Source: Octopus vulgaris | Taxonomy: Eukaryota | Length of the DNA: 64,000 bases | Assembly: GCA_951406725.2 (NCBI GenBank) | Contig: OX597835.1 | Location: 33,914,001 to 33,978,000 of the forward strand | Reading direction: 5' to 3' | Shown: positions 12,314-24,505 of the stretch, in pieces | Numbering within the stretch: position 1 is the first letter of the stretch | Layout of the letters: each line of letters starts with the position of its first letter | Program-made: the position numbers and the translations under genes | The notes under the pieces: generated by a model | Databases searched by the model: none | What the model was told of the DNA's origin: nothing | Seen by the model: only the letters and a program-made list of their open reading frames with translations

Positions 12314-12840
12314 CACAAATGCATACATATTTACATATATGAATATATATATGAAAATATATATATATATATATGTATGTATGTATATATATATATGTGT
12401 GTGTGTGTGTGTATACATCTATATATACATACATCTATATATATATAGATAAAGATATATCAATCCAACAATTTATCAATCAATATATCTAGCTATTATT
12501 ATATCTCTAATAATTCCACAATAATCACACAATCTACAAAAATTACCGAAGGAATTAGGGTCTTAACTGAAAAGAAATAGACTGGGAGAGAGTGTAATGT
12601 TTAGGTGATATGCTTACTCTATATAATACAAAAGAAACATGTACGTAGGGATTTTGTTTCGCTTGGAGGTGGGCATTTTTTTTCTCACCAAATCCACAAA
12701 TGCTGGCATAAGAAGGAGAAAGGGGTACGTTACGCCGCAATAATATATGTATAAAACTTATATATAAAATGTACAAAAGGGGACAAGAACGCAAACTACA
12801 CAAAGAGACGACACAAAAAAAAAACAGACAGGTCATTCGA

Positions 12841-12916
12841 AGCCTCTAATCTTCAGTCAGGAACCGGATCATCTTAACAATTTCGGCTGATTAATCCTGA
12901 TATCGCTCCGATCCGG
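12841..12916 (-). ncRNA. Rearranged hammerhead ribozyme, family 2 copy 1
   Basis: Minus strand: CCGGATC..GCGATA^TCAGGA-TTAATC-AGCC-GAAATTGT..GATCCGG-T-TCCTGA-CTGAAGA-TTAGA-GGCT. Confidence 0.7.
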
Positions 12917-13207
12917 CCAAAAAATAAAAATAAAAAACAAGAATAGTAATAACAGGACAGCGGGAGTCTTACGACTTCAGACAATTAAACTTATCTTGGC
13001 TGGCGTATTTTGAAAAAAATGCCTTTGCGGCAGACGGAGACAACGGTGTTAACATGGCAGCGGTCAAAAACCCTGTTAAGAATGAATGAGATAGATAATA
13101 AAATTAGATAAAGCTGCTTAGGTTGCTTTAACTTCTGGATTATGCAACTAATCTAGCTATACTTTTGTAGCGGCACCTCAATCATGAATGCCGCATGCAC
13201 AGTTTTA

Positions 13208-13345
13208 CGTATTTACTCGTGTATAAACCGCACCCCCAATTTAGTGTTAAATCTTAAAAGAAAATTTTTTTTCGTTCTTAGGCTTAACTTTGCTCTGTGT
13301 ATAAATCGCACCCTGGTTTTTTTTCCAGTTAAAATCGAGTATAAA
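13208..13345. mobile_element. pogo/Tigger-like MITE remnant
   Basis: CGTATTTACTCGTGTATAAACCGCACCC terminus with internal repeat GTGTATAAATCGCACCC. Confidence 0.45.
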
Positions 13346-13349
13346 ATGT

Positions 13350-13385
<36 letters not shown>

Positions 13386-13579
13386 GTGTGTGTGTGTGTG
13401 TGTGTGGTGACAACCAAGTGAGAAGTTGCGTTGATTTTCAATGGCTGAGTTAATTTATATGTGCGTATATATGTGTGCGTCTGTCACAGAGAAAGAGAGC
13501 GGGAAAAAAAAGAACCTTGAAACGATAGCTTTAGACAGAATACTTATGTTGTGCTAAGAAACCCACAGTAAGACAAGAA

Positions 13580-13915
13580 TGCCTGGCGTATGCCCACTTC
13601 ATAAATCACAAAAGTACACAGAGTGGCAAGGCCATGCATGGTGTTCTCTATGCACCGCAGAAGAAAAGACACCGTAACACAGATTCGTAGGGCTGTACCT
13701 TCTTCATAAATCACAAAAACAAGGTGTGACAAGGATATATATGTACCGTTCTCTATGCATCACAGAAACAACACACCATACCAAGGATGCGTAGGCTATG
13801 CCCTCTTCATAAATCACAAAACCACAGCGATGCAAATATATGTGGGCTGTTCTCAATGTATCAGAGACTCGCACAACATGACAACGGAGTGCAGGCTACT
13901 ATTCATTAATCATAC
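13580..13915. repeat. Degenerate tandem repeat, about 104-bp period, 3-4 units
   Basis: CTTCATAAATCACAAAA exact at 13597, 13702 and 13805, degenerate at 13901; second block GTTCTCTATGCA also recurs. Confidence 0.8.
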
Positions 13916-14224
13916 ATGTTGCTGTTGACAGCTGAGAAGACTATGATGATTGTTAATCCGTTGCTGCAGAAATCGACTACATTAATACTTATACGTAATA
14001 CATGAATTTCTCACATTTCTAAGAAACATATTTCAAGAAACCATAACTTTAAGAATTCTGGCAGCTGTCAATATGTCTGTTTAATAAACTGCGATGCCGC
14101 CCTCTTCAGGTTTTCTCTTATGTGTAAATATAGATACAACAGAAGAAGACGTTAACTAACTAAAACTGTTTTTCATTATATCTGTTTTTCTGGCGGGCAT
14201 TAACAGTAACACTGAAATGCCTCT

Positions 14225-15340
14225 GTGTGCGTGCGTGTGTGTGTGAGTGTGTGTGTGTGTGAGTGAGTGGGTTGGTTTGAGAGTGAGTGTGTGAGTGAGT
14301 CTGTGCAAGTGTGTGTGAATGTGTGTGAGAGAGAGAGAGTGGGTGAGTGTATGTGGGTGTGTATGTGAGCGTGTGAGTGTGTGTTTGTGCACGTGAGTAT
14401 ATATGTGTACATGTGTTTTGTATGGGGGGCGTGAGTGTGTGTTTGTGCGAGTGTGTGTATATGTGTGTAGGTGTGTGCTTGTGTGTGTGTGTGTGAGTGT
14501 GTGTGTGTGTGTGTGTGAGTGTGTGTGAGTGAGTGGGTTGGTTTGAGAGTAAGTGTGTGAGTGAGTCTGTGCAAGTGTGTGTGAGAGAGAGAGTGGGTGA
14601 GTGTATGTGGGTGTGTATGTGAGCGTGTGAGTGTGTGTTTGTGCACGTGAGTATATATATGTGTACATGTGTTTTGTATGGGGGGCGTGAGTGTGTGTAT
14701 ATGTGTGTAGGTGTGTGCTTGTGTGTGGGTGTGAGAGAGAGTGAATGAGTGTGTTTGGGTGTGTGTAAGTGTGTGTTTGTGCGCGTGCGTGCATATATGT
14801 ATATGTGTGTGTGTCAGTGTTTGGGTGTGTGTGTGAGTGTGTGAGAGTGTGTGCTTGTACGCGGGTGTGTATATGTGTGTACGTGCGTGTGTTTGTGTGT
14901 GTGTATGAGAGAGAGAGAGTGTGTATGGGTATGTGTGTGTGAGTGTGTGAGTGTGTGTGAGAGAGAGAGAGTGGGTGTGTAGGTGTGTGTGTGAGCGTGT
15001 GAGTGTGTTTGTGCACGTGTGTGTATATATGTGTACATGTGTTTTGTGTGGGGGGCGTGTGTGTGTGTGTTTGTGAGAGTGTGTGTACATGTGTGTAGGT
15101 GTGTTTGTGTGTGTGTGTGTGAGTGAATGAGTGTGTTTGGGTGTGTGTGTGTGTGTGTGTGAGAGTGTGTGCTTGTACGCGTGTGTGTATATATGTGTAC
15201 GTGCGTGTGTCTGTGTGTGTATGAGAGAGAGAGTGAGTGTGTATGGGTATGTGTGTGAGTGTGTATTTGTGCGCGTGTGTATATGTGTGTACGTGTGTGT
15301 GTGAGTGTATGTTTGTGTGTGTGTGTGTTTGTGTGTGTGT
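14225..15340. repeat. Complex GT-rich satellite with higher-order duplications
   Basis: Blocks such as GTGAGTGGGTTGGTTTGAGAG and GTACATGTGTTTTGTATGGGGGGCG recur. Confidence 0.85.
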
Positions 15341-15442
15341 ACTTTAGAGAAGTCCAAAGTCTCTTTGCAATTTTATATAGTTTAATTAAATTAACATTAA
15401 AACTATATACAGAAAATGTTATTAGACTTCTTTGGTGTCGTG

Positions 15443-15478
<36 letters not shown>

Positions 15479-15793
15479 TTGTGTGTGTGTGCGTGCGTGC
15501 GTGTGTGTGAAGAAAATAACAGAATGAGAGATTCATACATATGCCGACACTCACATGCACAGACATATATATATATGCATACGTTTATATATGTGCATAT
15601 ATGTGTGTAGACAGACAGACAGACAGATATCAAAAGAATTTTATAAATTTTCGAGAGAGCGTGAAATAATTATTTTGGTATAATGTTTCTCGAAGCACAC
15701 TACATATAACTATAAAGAAACGTGGGTTTGAGTCCCACGGGCAACCTTCAATTTGTTTGTTTTTTATCCCAAACGGTTTTTATTATTATTAAA

Positions 15794-16165
15794 GCGGCGA
15801 GCTGGCAGAATCGTTAGCACGTCAGGCGAAATGCTAAGCGATATTTCGTCCGTCTTCACGTTTTGAGTTCAAATTCCATCGAAGTCGACTTTACCTTCCA
15901 TTGGAGTACCAGTGAATCATTGGGTTCGATGTAATCGACTATTCCCTTCCCCAAATATTTCAAATCTTGTCCTCTGGTAGAAAGGATTATTATTAAGGCG
16001 ACGAACTGGCAGAATCGTTAGCACTCCACACAAAATTCTTTGCGGCATTTCGTCCGTCCTTACGTTCTGAGTTCATATTCCATCGCGGTCGACTTGGCTT
16101 TTCATCCTTTCGGGGTCGATAAAACGAGTACCAGTTGTACAGGCCTTATGTCTTTAGTAGAAAGA
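15794..16165 (+). mobile_element. Two adjacent SINE family B copies (15794-15990, 15997-16165) with GGCCTT..GTAGAAAGG(ATT)-type tail
   Basis: Head GGCGAGCTGGCAGAATCGTTAGC, B box GAGTTCAAATTCC, core GTCGACTT.GCCTTTCATCCTTTCGGGGTCGATAAA. Confidence 0.85.
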
Positions 16166-16690
16166 ATTAATATTATTATTATTATTGTTATCATCATCAT
16201 TATTATTATTATTGACTGCTTTGTGGCAAAAATTTGAAATAATTATTATTGACGGGAAATGCACGCTCGATCACAAGTTTGTAAAATTTATGCTTGAATT
16301 GGAATATGTTTGTTTTGAAATTTTTGCCACCTGCTTCCGTTTGGTGAGTTTTACTTTTCCCCTAGGAGTAGTGTAGGAATTATCTGAACTTAATGTCAAT
16401 TTTTCTGGTGTTTTTTTATTGTTTACGATATTGTATCTTTTTAAGTGATTAAAAAAAAGCAACATGGACATTTGTAAATATATTAATAACATTCACCACT
16501 CACATATATAACCTAAGGGAATTGAAAGAATGTGAAAATGAGAAAGGAAGAGAGAGAGAGGCCGAGCGATGCTTACGTCAAGAAATTGTGTGACTAGGAA
16601 CGCTATGGTATTAACCATGGCAACGACAGACGACGTCAGAGATGGGAAGGGGTTTGTGTCGTCTGCTTTTGATTTTGATAGGAAAATGTT

Positions 16691-17129
16691 GGATCTTTTC
16701 GGTTTGAACGGCAGTTTTTTAAAATAATTTCCACGCAACTAAACACTTTTAAACTTCGTATACTGGTAGAATGTGTTTATGAAACATCTTTTTCTCTTGG
16801 CTTTGTTGAGAAAATTCTATAGTTTATAAGATATTTGTTGTTGTTTTTTTCTTCAATTTCTGCAATTTCAACCAATCACTGACGTCTATTGAGGTAAAAA
16901 GAAAACATTCTGTGCCGTATGAATATGTCCCTCGTTTAAAAAACAAATTGGGTTTATTTACATTTCTGAAGAAAAAAAAGATACCCTTCCCCCCACCCCT
17001 AACCCTAACCTTAACTAACCCTAACCCTAAAACATTGAAATGCAATAGATCGATACTATGCTCATAATTATGGGTGGCAATTTCATATGACACTGCTAGA
17101 ATGAACTGCCGTTCAAACCGAAAAGATCC
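16691..17129 (+). mobile_element. Merlin-like MITE with (CCCTAA)n, copy 2
   Basis: Same TIRs as copy 1; perfect 8-bp TSD AAAATGTT. Confidence 0.9.
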
Positions 17130-17492
17130 AAAATGTTTGTGTCGTCTGCTTTTGATTTTGATGGAAAATTTCATCAAAGATTACGATAACAATAACAATA
17201 ACATCTACAAGAGACCAAGACGAATATTTCGTTTGGTGCCATAACGAGTAGAGAGTTGAATGTCAACAGTCAGACGTTCGCAAAGAAGGATACGTTAGAA
17301 GATATAAATGCAAAATTACGGACCTGTGGTTGACGGAACATTCAATTCCTGAAGTTAAAAGAGCCTCTATACCACAACCAGTACCCTGCAAAAAATATTG
17401 TCTTTAAATGGAAAAGTAAAAAAAAAAAAACTAGAATATCTCTGTCTGGCGCAAATAGAAAATGCCTGCAGGAAGTGTGGATTACAGTAGGC

Positions 17493-18013
17493 CAGTGGTT
17501 CCCAAACTATGAGTCGCGACCCACAGATGGGTCGCGAACGGAATCTTAGTGGGTCGCAAAAAGTTATAAAATAACGCATTAGCTTTGATATCCGAAGACT
17601 CTTCCTTGAAAATGACTTTTAACACCCGAAAACTGGTACAGTTCTGGGCGTCTCTTCTAACCTCGTACCCAATCATTTCCACTGAACCATTAAAAGTACT
17701 TCTCCCTTTCACGTTATCTTATATTTGTGAAGCTGGATTGTCAGCAATGGTTGGGATTAAAAGCAAATATCGAAATAAACTGCAGCTCTCAAATTCTTTA
17801 CGCCTGAAACTATCACGCATTGAACCTGATGTTAATTCTATTATTGAGCGTAGCAAGAAACAGGCTCATCCTTCTCACAGGCCTCACTGAAGATGTAATC
17901 TGAAATAAATTTGTTAATTTCATTAATGTTTTTACTCAGTAGAGTTAACTGGGTCGTCATAAACTGATGTGATAAATAGTGGGTCGCGACTCTAAAAAGT
18001 TTGGGAACCACCG
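17493..18013 (+). mobile_element. hAT (Charlie/Buster-type) internal-deletion derivative
   Basis: TIR CAGTGGTTCCCAAACT...AGTTTGGGAACCACCG; 8-bp TSD CAGTAGGC; ORF 17585-17890 encodes a hAT C-terminal dimerisation remnant (FW...LLPF..SYICEAGLS...KSKYRNKL...QAHPSH). Confidence 0.9.
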
Positions 18014-18624
18014 CAGTAGGCTATATAATTAGAAGCAAACAACACGAGGTGTTTCTTAGTGTTTGCGACAGTGCCGTAGAGGCCAAACCCGCCACTTGCT
18101 CATTTCTTACGCTCGTCATGTTCTTAGTACACCGGGCAAAACGGGTGACGACAGTAAGGGTGACTAACATGCCATCCCATACAGAGCAACCCACGGAATA
18201 GTGGAGGTGCCTGAAGGGGTTTTAGCTCTTAAGTCCACTCTGCAACAAAATAAAATGGATATGACTCTCGGCTTCCAGGTAATGGTGGAGCCCCAACCTC
18301 TTCTAACCACGATCAAATAAACAGTTGTATATCTTACTCAAGAATGCAATGTATTGCCTGATCCAGGAACTGAAACCATACTCTCGCTATTGTGAGTGTA
18401 ACACTCGTATCCCTAGGCTACGCTCGTCATTATGGCTGGTGGAGCATAATCTATTTGATCGTATCTTTTATCGTTCTTCTTGTTTCAGTCGCTAGACTCT
18501 ACCTATGCTGAGGCACCGTCTAGAAGAATTTTTAGTCGAATGAATGGTACATTCTTATAAACATATTCTATTGGTTTTCAAGCGGTGACGAAGAACAAAC
18601 ACAGTCACACACACACACATATTC

Positions 18625-18880
18625 TTTTAGTCTTTTATTTTACTTGTTTCAGTCGTTTGACTACAGCCATGCTGGAGTACCGCCTTTAGCCGAACATATC
18701 GACCCCAGGATTTATTCTTCGTAAACCTAGTATATATTCTATCGGTCTCCTTTGCCGAACCGCTAAATTACGTGTACGTAAACACACCAATATAGGGGGA
18801 AGACAAACACAGACGCACAAATATATACACACACACACATGCACACAAACACACACACACAAACACACACACACACACAA

Positions 18881-18925
<45 letters not shown>

Positions 18926-19053
18926 ACGGGCTTTTTCAGGTTCCGTCTACCAAATCCACTAACAAGGCTTTGGTCGGCCCAAGGTAGAAGACATTTGCCT
19001 AAAGTTCCATGAGGATTGGGAAGCAAGCTTCTTACCACGCACCCACTCCTGTG
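18625..19053 (-). mobile_element. SINE family A (older partial copy also at about 18470-18610)
   Basis: Matches family A. Confidence 0.8.
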
Positions 19054-19062
19054 CATATATAT

Positions 19063-19106
<44 letters not shown>

Positions 19107-19136
19107 TAAGTATCTCATTTATTTCTTTGCCACATT

Positions 19137-19189
19137 TATCACTGACGAAGGGAGGGTTCTTATGAACTAACCCTGAAATCGGTCCGATA
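19137..19189 (+). ncRNA. Type I hammerhead ribozyme, slightly degenerate, in a (TA)n-flanked 230-bp element
   Basis: TATCA-CTGACGA-AGGG..GTTC TTAT GAAC..CCCT-GAAATCG-GTC^CGATA. Confidence 0.7.
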
Positions 19190-19357
19190 TGGTAATAATG
19201 GAATTTTTAGAAATTTCTGTCGACCTTTTTCGAGTAGCGTGCGTATTGTGAAAAGTTATATGGTTATGGACAATATGTCCAATTTCGGCAAATTTGGCAT
19301 TAGAAATTTTTTCGTTTGCCCTTATTTATAAGTTATATATATATATATGTATGTATG

Positions 19358-19389
<32 letters not shown>

Positions 19390-19392
19390 TAC

Positions 19393-19545
19393 AGGTTTCT
19401 TTTAGTTTTCTGCCTACCAAATCTACTCAAATCGCTTTGGTCGGCCTGAGGATAAAGTAAAAGACACTTGCCCAAGCTTCCACAGCATTGGAACTGAACA
19501 CGAAACCATGCGGTTGGGAAGCAGGCTTCTTACCACACAGCTGCA
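19393..19545 (-). mobile_element. SINE family A, 5' half
   Basis: Matches family A head. Confidence 0.75.
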
Positions 19546-20152
19546 TAGCAAATCTTTTTTTCGTTTATTGATCATGGAATTATCGAAATTCTAGCGGACT
19601 CTCATCGAAGTCTGAACTGTGAACGCAAAGATTAAAAGCTATGTAAAGAGCTTTGGTTGGCTGTTCTGAACATATTAAGCAATCAGATAAACAAACACAG
19701 CCTTAGAATCGATAGTTAATATAAAAAAACAAAAATAAATATTTCTTTGTTTTCTTTAGTTGTTTTCGTTAAGAAACAAAAATCAAATCAATATCGCAAA
19801 GAAATCAAAAAAGGAAATTTTATATTATTTAATTCTATAGAAATGCGATTAACGTGTTTCGGATGTCTTCGAGGATTAATTCGAGATCTTTACATCAGTG
19901 TCTTCGGAGAGGAATAAAGAATAAAGACGTCAAAACAGAAAAGTTGAACTGTTAACAGGTCATACTAACAGGTTGTGTAATGTCAGATCAAATTAGCAGC
20001 ACATCTATTAAGTGTTGTATGTAACCGCTGAATACTTGGTCTTCGGTTGGTATAGCGACAGTAAATCAACTTGTAGGTATTCGTAACCACTTTTTAAAAC
20101 ATTTTGTGCTTTTTTTTTGTTTTGTCTCTTTTTTTGTTTTTGTTGTTGTTGT

Positions 20153-20388
20153 TACTCTTTACTCTCTTTTACTCTTTTAATTGTTTCAGTCATTTGACTG
20201 TGGCCATGCTGGAGCACCGCCTTTAGTCGAGCAAATCGACCCCCAGGACTTATTCTTTGTAAGCCTAGTACTTATTCTATCGGTCTCTTTTGCCGAAACG
20301 CTAAGTGACGGGGACGTAAACACACCAGCATCGGTTGTCAAGCGATGTTGGGGGGAGACAAGCACAAACACACAAACACACACACACA

Positions 20389-20480
<92 letters not shown>

Positions 20481-20616
20481 TACGACGGGCTTCTTTCAGT
20501 TTCCGTCTACCAAATCCACTCACAAGGCTTTGGTTGGCCCATAGTAGAAGACCCTTGCCCAAAGTGCCACGCGGTGGGACTGAACCTGGAACCATGTGGT
20601 TCGTAAGAAAGCTACT
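20153..20616 (-). mobile_element. SINE family A
   Basis: Matches family A. Confidence 0.9.
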
Positions 20617-20727
20617 TTTTTTTGTCGCGAGACCAGTTACTTATTTCTAAGGCGTTTAAGTGACCGAGATTACAAGATTATCCCTGAACAAGATTATCCC
20701 TGAACTCTGGTCGATTGTAGAGTTTAA

Positions 20728-20928
20728 GGCCAGCGATTTCTGAGAGGAAAGGAGTCGATTACATCGATTTCAGTACTTGACTGGTTCTTTATTTTATTAA
20801 CCTCGAAGGGTTGAAAGACAAAGTGGACCTCGGGGGGTGGGAGATTTCGATTCAGAACGTAAAGAGCCGGACGAAATGTCGCTTAGCGTTTTGTTCGCCG
20901 TGATAACGATTCTGCTAGCTTGCTACCT
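20728..20928 (-). mobile_element. SINE family B, diverged
   Basis: Matches family B core and head. Confidence 0.7.
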
Positions 20929-21135
20929 TTGAACCACTCTAGATCAAATATGCAAATGAATAAAAGGCTGCAAACTATTGAAAAATCCATCAAGTTTACA
21001 GTGATCCCCCAACTTAAAGTGATGGTATATTTTTACCCAAGGGTACTCAATTACGGCCAAATGAACTGTGTCACTTGTGAGTTTAAAATGTGGTGGAGGA
21101 TAATATGAAACTTGTACAGGATTAAACAAGCGAAG

Positions 21136-21411
21136 ATGTGGCTGTGTGGTAAGAAGTTTGTTTCACAACCACATGGTTCCGAGTTCAGTCCCACTGCGTG
21201 GCACCATGGGCAAATGTTTTCTACTACAACCTCGAGTAGAGTAAAGCCTTGTGAGTGGATCTGGTAGACGGTAACTGAAAGAAGCCCAGTGTACATACAT
21301 ACATACATACATACATACATACATACATACATACATACATACATACATACATACATACATACATACATACATACATACATACATACATACATACATACAT
21401 ACATACATACA

Positions 21412-21415
<4 letters not shown>
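21136..21415 (+). mobile_element. SINE family A 5' half followed by (ACAT)n
   Basis: Family A head, then about 30 ACAT units. Confidence 0.8.
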
Positions 21416-21448
<33 letters not shown>

Positions 21449-21496
21449 TTTTAATGGACTTGCTAGAAATAACAGCCGAAATTCCAACCAATCCCT

Positions 21497-21792
21497 AAAA
21501 CATGTTTGTTCCTTCTCGGGCAACGCCTGACTCAGAGGGCCGGTTTCCTTGGCGTATATGTTCCCCACCTGGACGGGAGGCCGGTCTGTCGCAGGTGAGC
21601 TGCAAGATACAGGAGGAAAGAGTGAGAGAAAGTTGTGGCGAAAAAGTCAGCAGAAGTTCGCCATTACCTTCTGCCGGAGCCGCGTGGAGCTTAAGTGTTT
21701 CGCTCATAAACACACACATCGCCCGGTCTGAGATTCGAACCCGCGATCCCTCGACCGCGAGTCCGCTGCTCTAACAACTAGGCCATGTGCCA
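21497..21792 (-). mobile_element. SINE family C (tRNA-Arg-like head)
   Basis: Minus strand TGGCCTAGTTGTTAGAGCAGCGGACTCGCGGTCGAGGGATCGCGGGTTCGAATCTC. Confidence 0.85.
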
Positions 21793-21832
21793 CCACCCCT
21801 ATAACATATTGGTTGTAAATTTTTATACAATA

Positions 21833-21996
21833 CCAGCCATTTAAGGGGAAAGATAAGTTGATTACATCGTCCCCGCGTTCAGCTGGTACTTATTTTATTG
21901 ACTCCGAAAGGATGAAAGACAAAGTCGACCTCAGCGGAATTTGAACTCAGAACAAGAAGACAGAGAAAATGCCGCTAAGCATTTTGCCTGGCGTGC
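21833..21996 (-). mobile_element. SINE family B, partial
   Basis: Family B core. Confidence 0.75.
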
Positions 21997-22025
21997 TCTT
22001 CCAGAAATTCATCATATATTCCAGG

Positions 22026-22478
22026 TAGTGGCGTAGCTAGGGTAAATTGCGCCCGGGGAAAGCCTCAAAAATCCGCCCATCGTCCATTACAAAATCCACG
22101 ATGTTATGTAGTACTTATTTGTTATAAGTAATTTATGCTTTGAAGCAATATTTTAGGAATAAATACTTTACCAGGGTTCATTTACCTGCCGGTTCGGTAG
22201 AGCCTGTAATCCAAAGTATATTTTTTGAACGTTTGCTTTTACGAAACCTCCTTATTTTAACCTTGTTTTAATACACCAGCTTCCCCGATTGAAACATTAA
22301 AAAAACTGATGTATCAAGTGAGATGTAAAAATTTTTTTTAAATACATTGTTTGAAGTTTCATCTCTCTTACTTTTGATGAGGCACACCACTTCAATCTGC
22401 GCCCCGCTTCAATCGGCGCCGAGACACGTGCCACCTTTCTCCCCACCCCCACCCCACGCCACCCTATTTACGGTACTG
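22026..22478. mobile_element. hAT-type MITE
   Basis: Degenerate TIR (C)AGTGGCGTAGCTAGG...CCTATTTACGGTACTG; 8-bp TSD ATTCCAGG. Confidence 0.75.
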
Positions 22479-22506
22479 ATTCCAGGAAATATTTGTTTGT
22501 TTTATA

Positions 22507-23073
22507 TTGGGTTGTCCGGAAAGTTTGTGCTGATTTATAGTAGCTTACCTTTCGACTTATTTTAGAACATGGTTGAGTCCATAAAATGGGATTTGACCTC
22601 ACCTCCATTTAGAGCACAGTTTAAGCTGTCTTTTCGTGGAAGAAGGTTTATGTTCCTATAACCTGTGCTAATTCTGTAACCCTTTAAAATGGAAGATAAG
22701 AAAGTTCATTTTTGGCACTTGTTGCTATGGGAACCAGACAAAAATTGCTGCAACTCGGCTGGGATGTTTTACCCCACCCTCCATATTCACCAGATATTGC
22801 TCTTTCGGATTTCCACTTATTTAGGTCTTTACAGAATAGTCTTAATGGTAAAAATTTCAATTCCTTGGATGACGTAAAACGATACCTTGATGAATTCTTT
22901 GCCATGAAACCACTGCAATTCTGGGAAGAGGGTATTTTCAAGTTAAAGGAAAGATGGAGACGCATTGTGCAACAAAATGGTTCATATTTGGTTGATTAAA
23001 AATGTAATGGCAAGTATTTATTGACCTTTTTCTTTTCCTTTAAACTTCGGCGCGAACTTTCCGGACAACCCAA
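22507..23073 (+). mobile_element. mariner internal-deletion derivative
   Basis: TIR TTGGGTTGTCCGGAAAGTT...AACTTTCCGGACAACCCAA; TA TSD; N-terminal MEDKKVHF joined to C-terminal LGWDVLPHPPYSPDIALSDFHLFRSLQN (22712-22999). Confidence 0.95.
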
Positions 23074-23590
23074 TACTTTCCTGGTTAATCAAACTGTACT
23101 TGAACAAAAAAAATAAATCAATAAAATTCTCATAAATAGTCAAGATTTACAGTTTAGATATTTCATAATTTGTGTCTCTAACTGTCACATACGTCACGCG
23201 ATAATTGTCCAACAACAACATAGAGTGTTAATTAGACGTATAAGTATTTGGATTTCCAAATTTTGAGAGGAGGGGCTTACTCAACCTTGCATTGAATATT
23301 GCTGTCATATTTGGACTGGTACTTCCAATGAGCGTCTTAACTTACATGATCGAATTCTCAATCGTGATGTTCCCATGGTGTATCTTTTATTTTCCCTATA
23401 GATTGGGCTCTTTGACTCATTGCCTAAATGTATCTTTGCTGCGTCATTTCTCTAAGTATTTCCATGGTCTGATGAACTTTCTGCTCTAATACCCTCTATC
23501 AAGACCTTTCGTCATATCACCCGCTTCCTTTCCAGGGCGCATCATTCCTCTGTTATGCTTCTTGTTAGTCATATATCCTTTTATTTTTAT

Positions 23591-23998
23591 CCTTTCTACT
23601 ACAGACACAAGGCCTGACATTAGGGGGTGGGGAAGAAGTCTACTCGATTACGACGCCCCCAGTGTTTTACTGGTACTTAATTCGTCGACCCCCGAAAGAG
23701 TAAAAAAGCAAAGTCGACCTAGGCGGGCGGTATTTGAACTCAGAACGTAAAGACGGACAAAATGCCTATTTCTTTACTACTCACAAGGGGCTAAACACAG
23801 AGAGGACAAACAAGGACAGACAAAGGGATTAAGTCAATTACGTCAACCCCAGTGCGTAACTTGTACTTAATTTATCGACCCCGAAAGGATGAAATGCAAA
23901 GTCGACTTCGGCGGAATTTGAACTCAGAACGTAACGGCAGACGAAATACGGCTACGCATTTCGCCCGGCGAGATAACGAGTCTGCCAGCTCGCTGTCT
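23591..23998 (-). mobile_element. SINE family B dimer with two different tails
   Basis: Head + core + Tx1-like tail joined at about 23765 to a headless core + GGCCTTGTG..AGTAGAAAGG tail. Confidence 0.85.
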
Positions 23999-24199
23999 TA
24001 ATATCCTTTTATCATAAAAAGCTTCTTTCTTCGAACTGCTGCTCTCTGGAACTGACTACCATTTTCTTGTTTTCAAATTGAGAATCGAGTTATTAACAAA
24101 ATGGATTCTTTTCTTTCTGCTGGGTTAGAGTCTTTCGCCCCTTATCAAAAAAATGAATCTTCGTTGATTTTTTTTTTTTTGCAATAAGTGTTCCATGGT

Positions 24200-24505
24200 C
24201 GTTGCTCTTTTGAGCTTTCTTATCCATTGTAGCTTCTGTCATGACTTTTAAGCATGTTATTCACTTCTCTTCCCAGCCGTACCGTGTCTCTATTGAGCTT
24301 CCTGTTAGTAATAAGCCTTTTTATTCTAACAGCTTCTTTGTCAAACTTCTGCTCTCTGGAACTCACCATTATCGTCTTGTTTTCCTCAGTCCTTTAAGCG
24401 TTCTGTCAATCGATATCTTATTAATTTCTGAGCCTCTTCTTTACCTTCTTTGCAGTCCTTTATTCTGCAGTGGTTTTAAGCCTTGTTTGCAACAAAAGCG
24501 TTAAA
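24200..24505 (+). mobile_element. Old CR1/L2-group LINE 3' remnant
   Basis: Degenerate Y.NSFF...LWNSL-like reading (TATTCTAACAGCTTCTTT...CTCTGGAACTCA). Confidence 0.4.

Noticed and set aside
13597-13821. CRISPR-like regularly spaced 17-bp repeats
   Set aside because: The intervening sequences are homologous to each other, the context is eukaryotic and there are no cas genes; the unit spacing also breaks any reading frame
16570-16640. Promoter-like cluster (CRE half-sites, CCATGGCAAC X-box half-site); also duplicated CCAAT blocks at 50420-50480
   Set aside because: Short motifs expected by chance and no associated gene visible
19845-19902. Minus-strand CTGATGTA...CCGAAACACGTT hammerhead-like motif (also 26715-26770, 44300-44345)
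   Set aside because: Core altered and stem I does not pair; at best decayed
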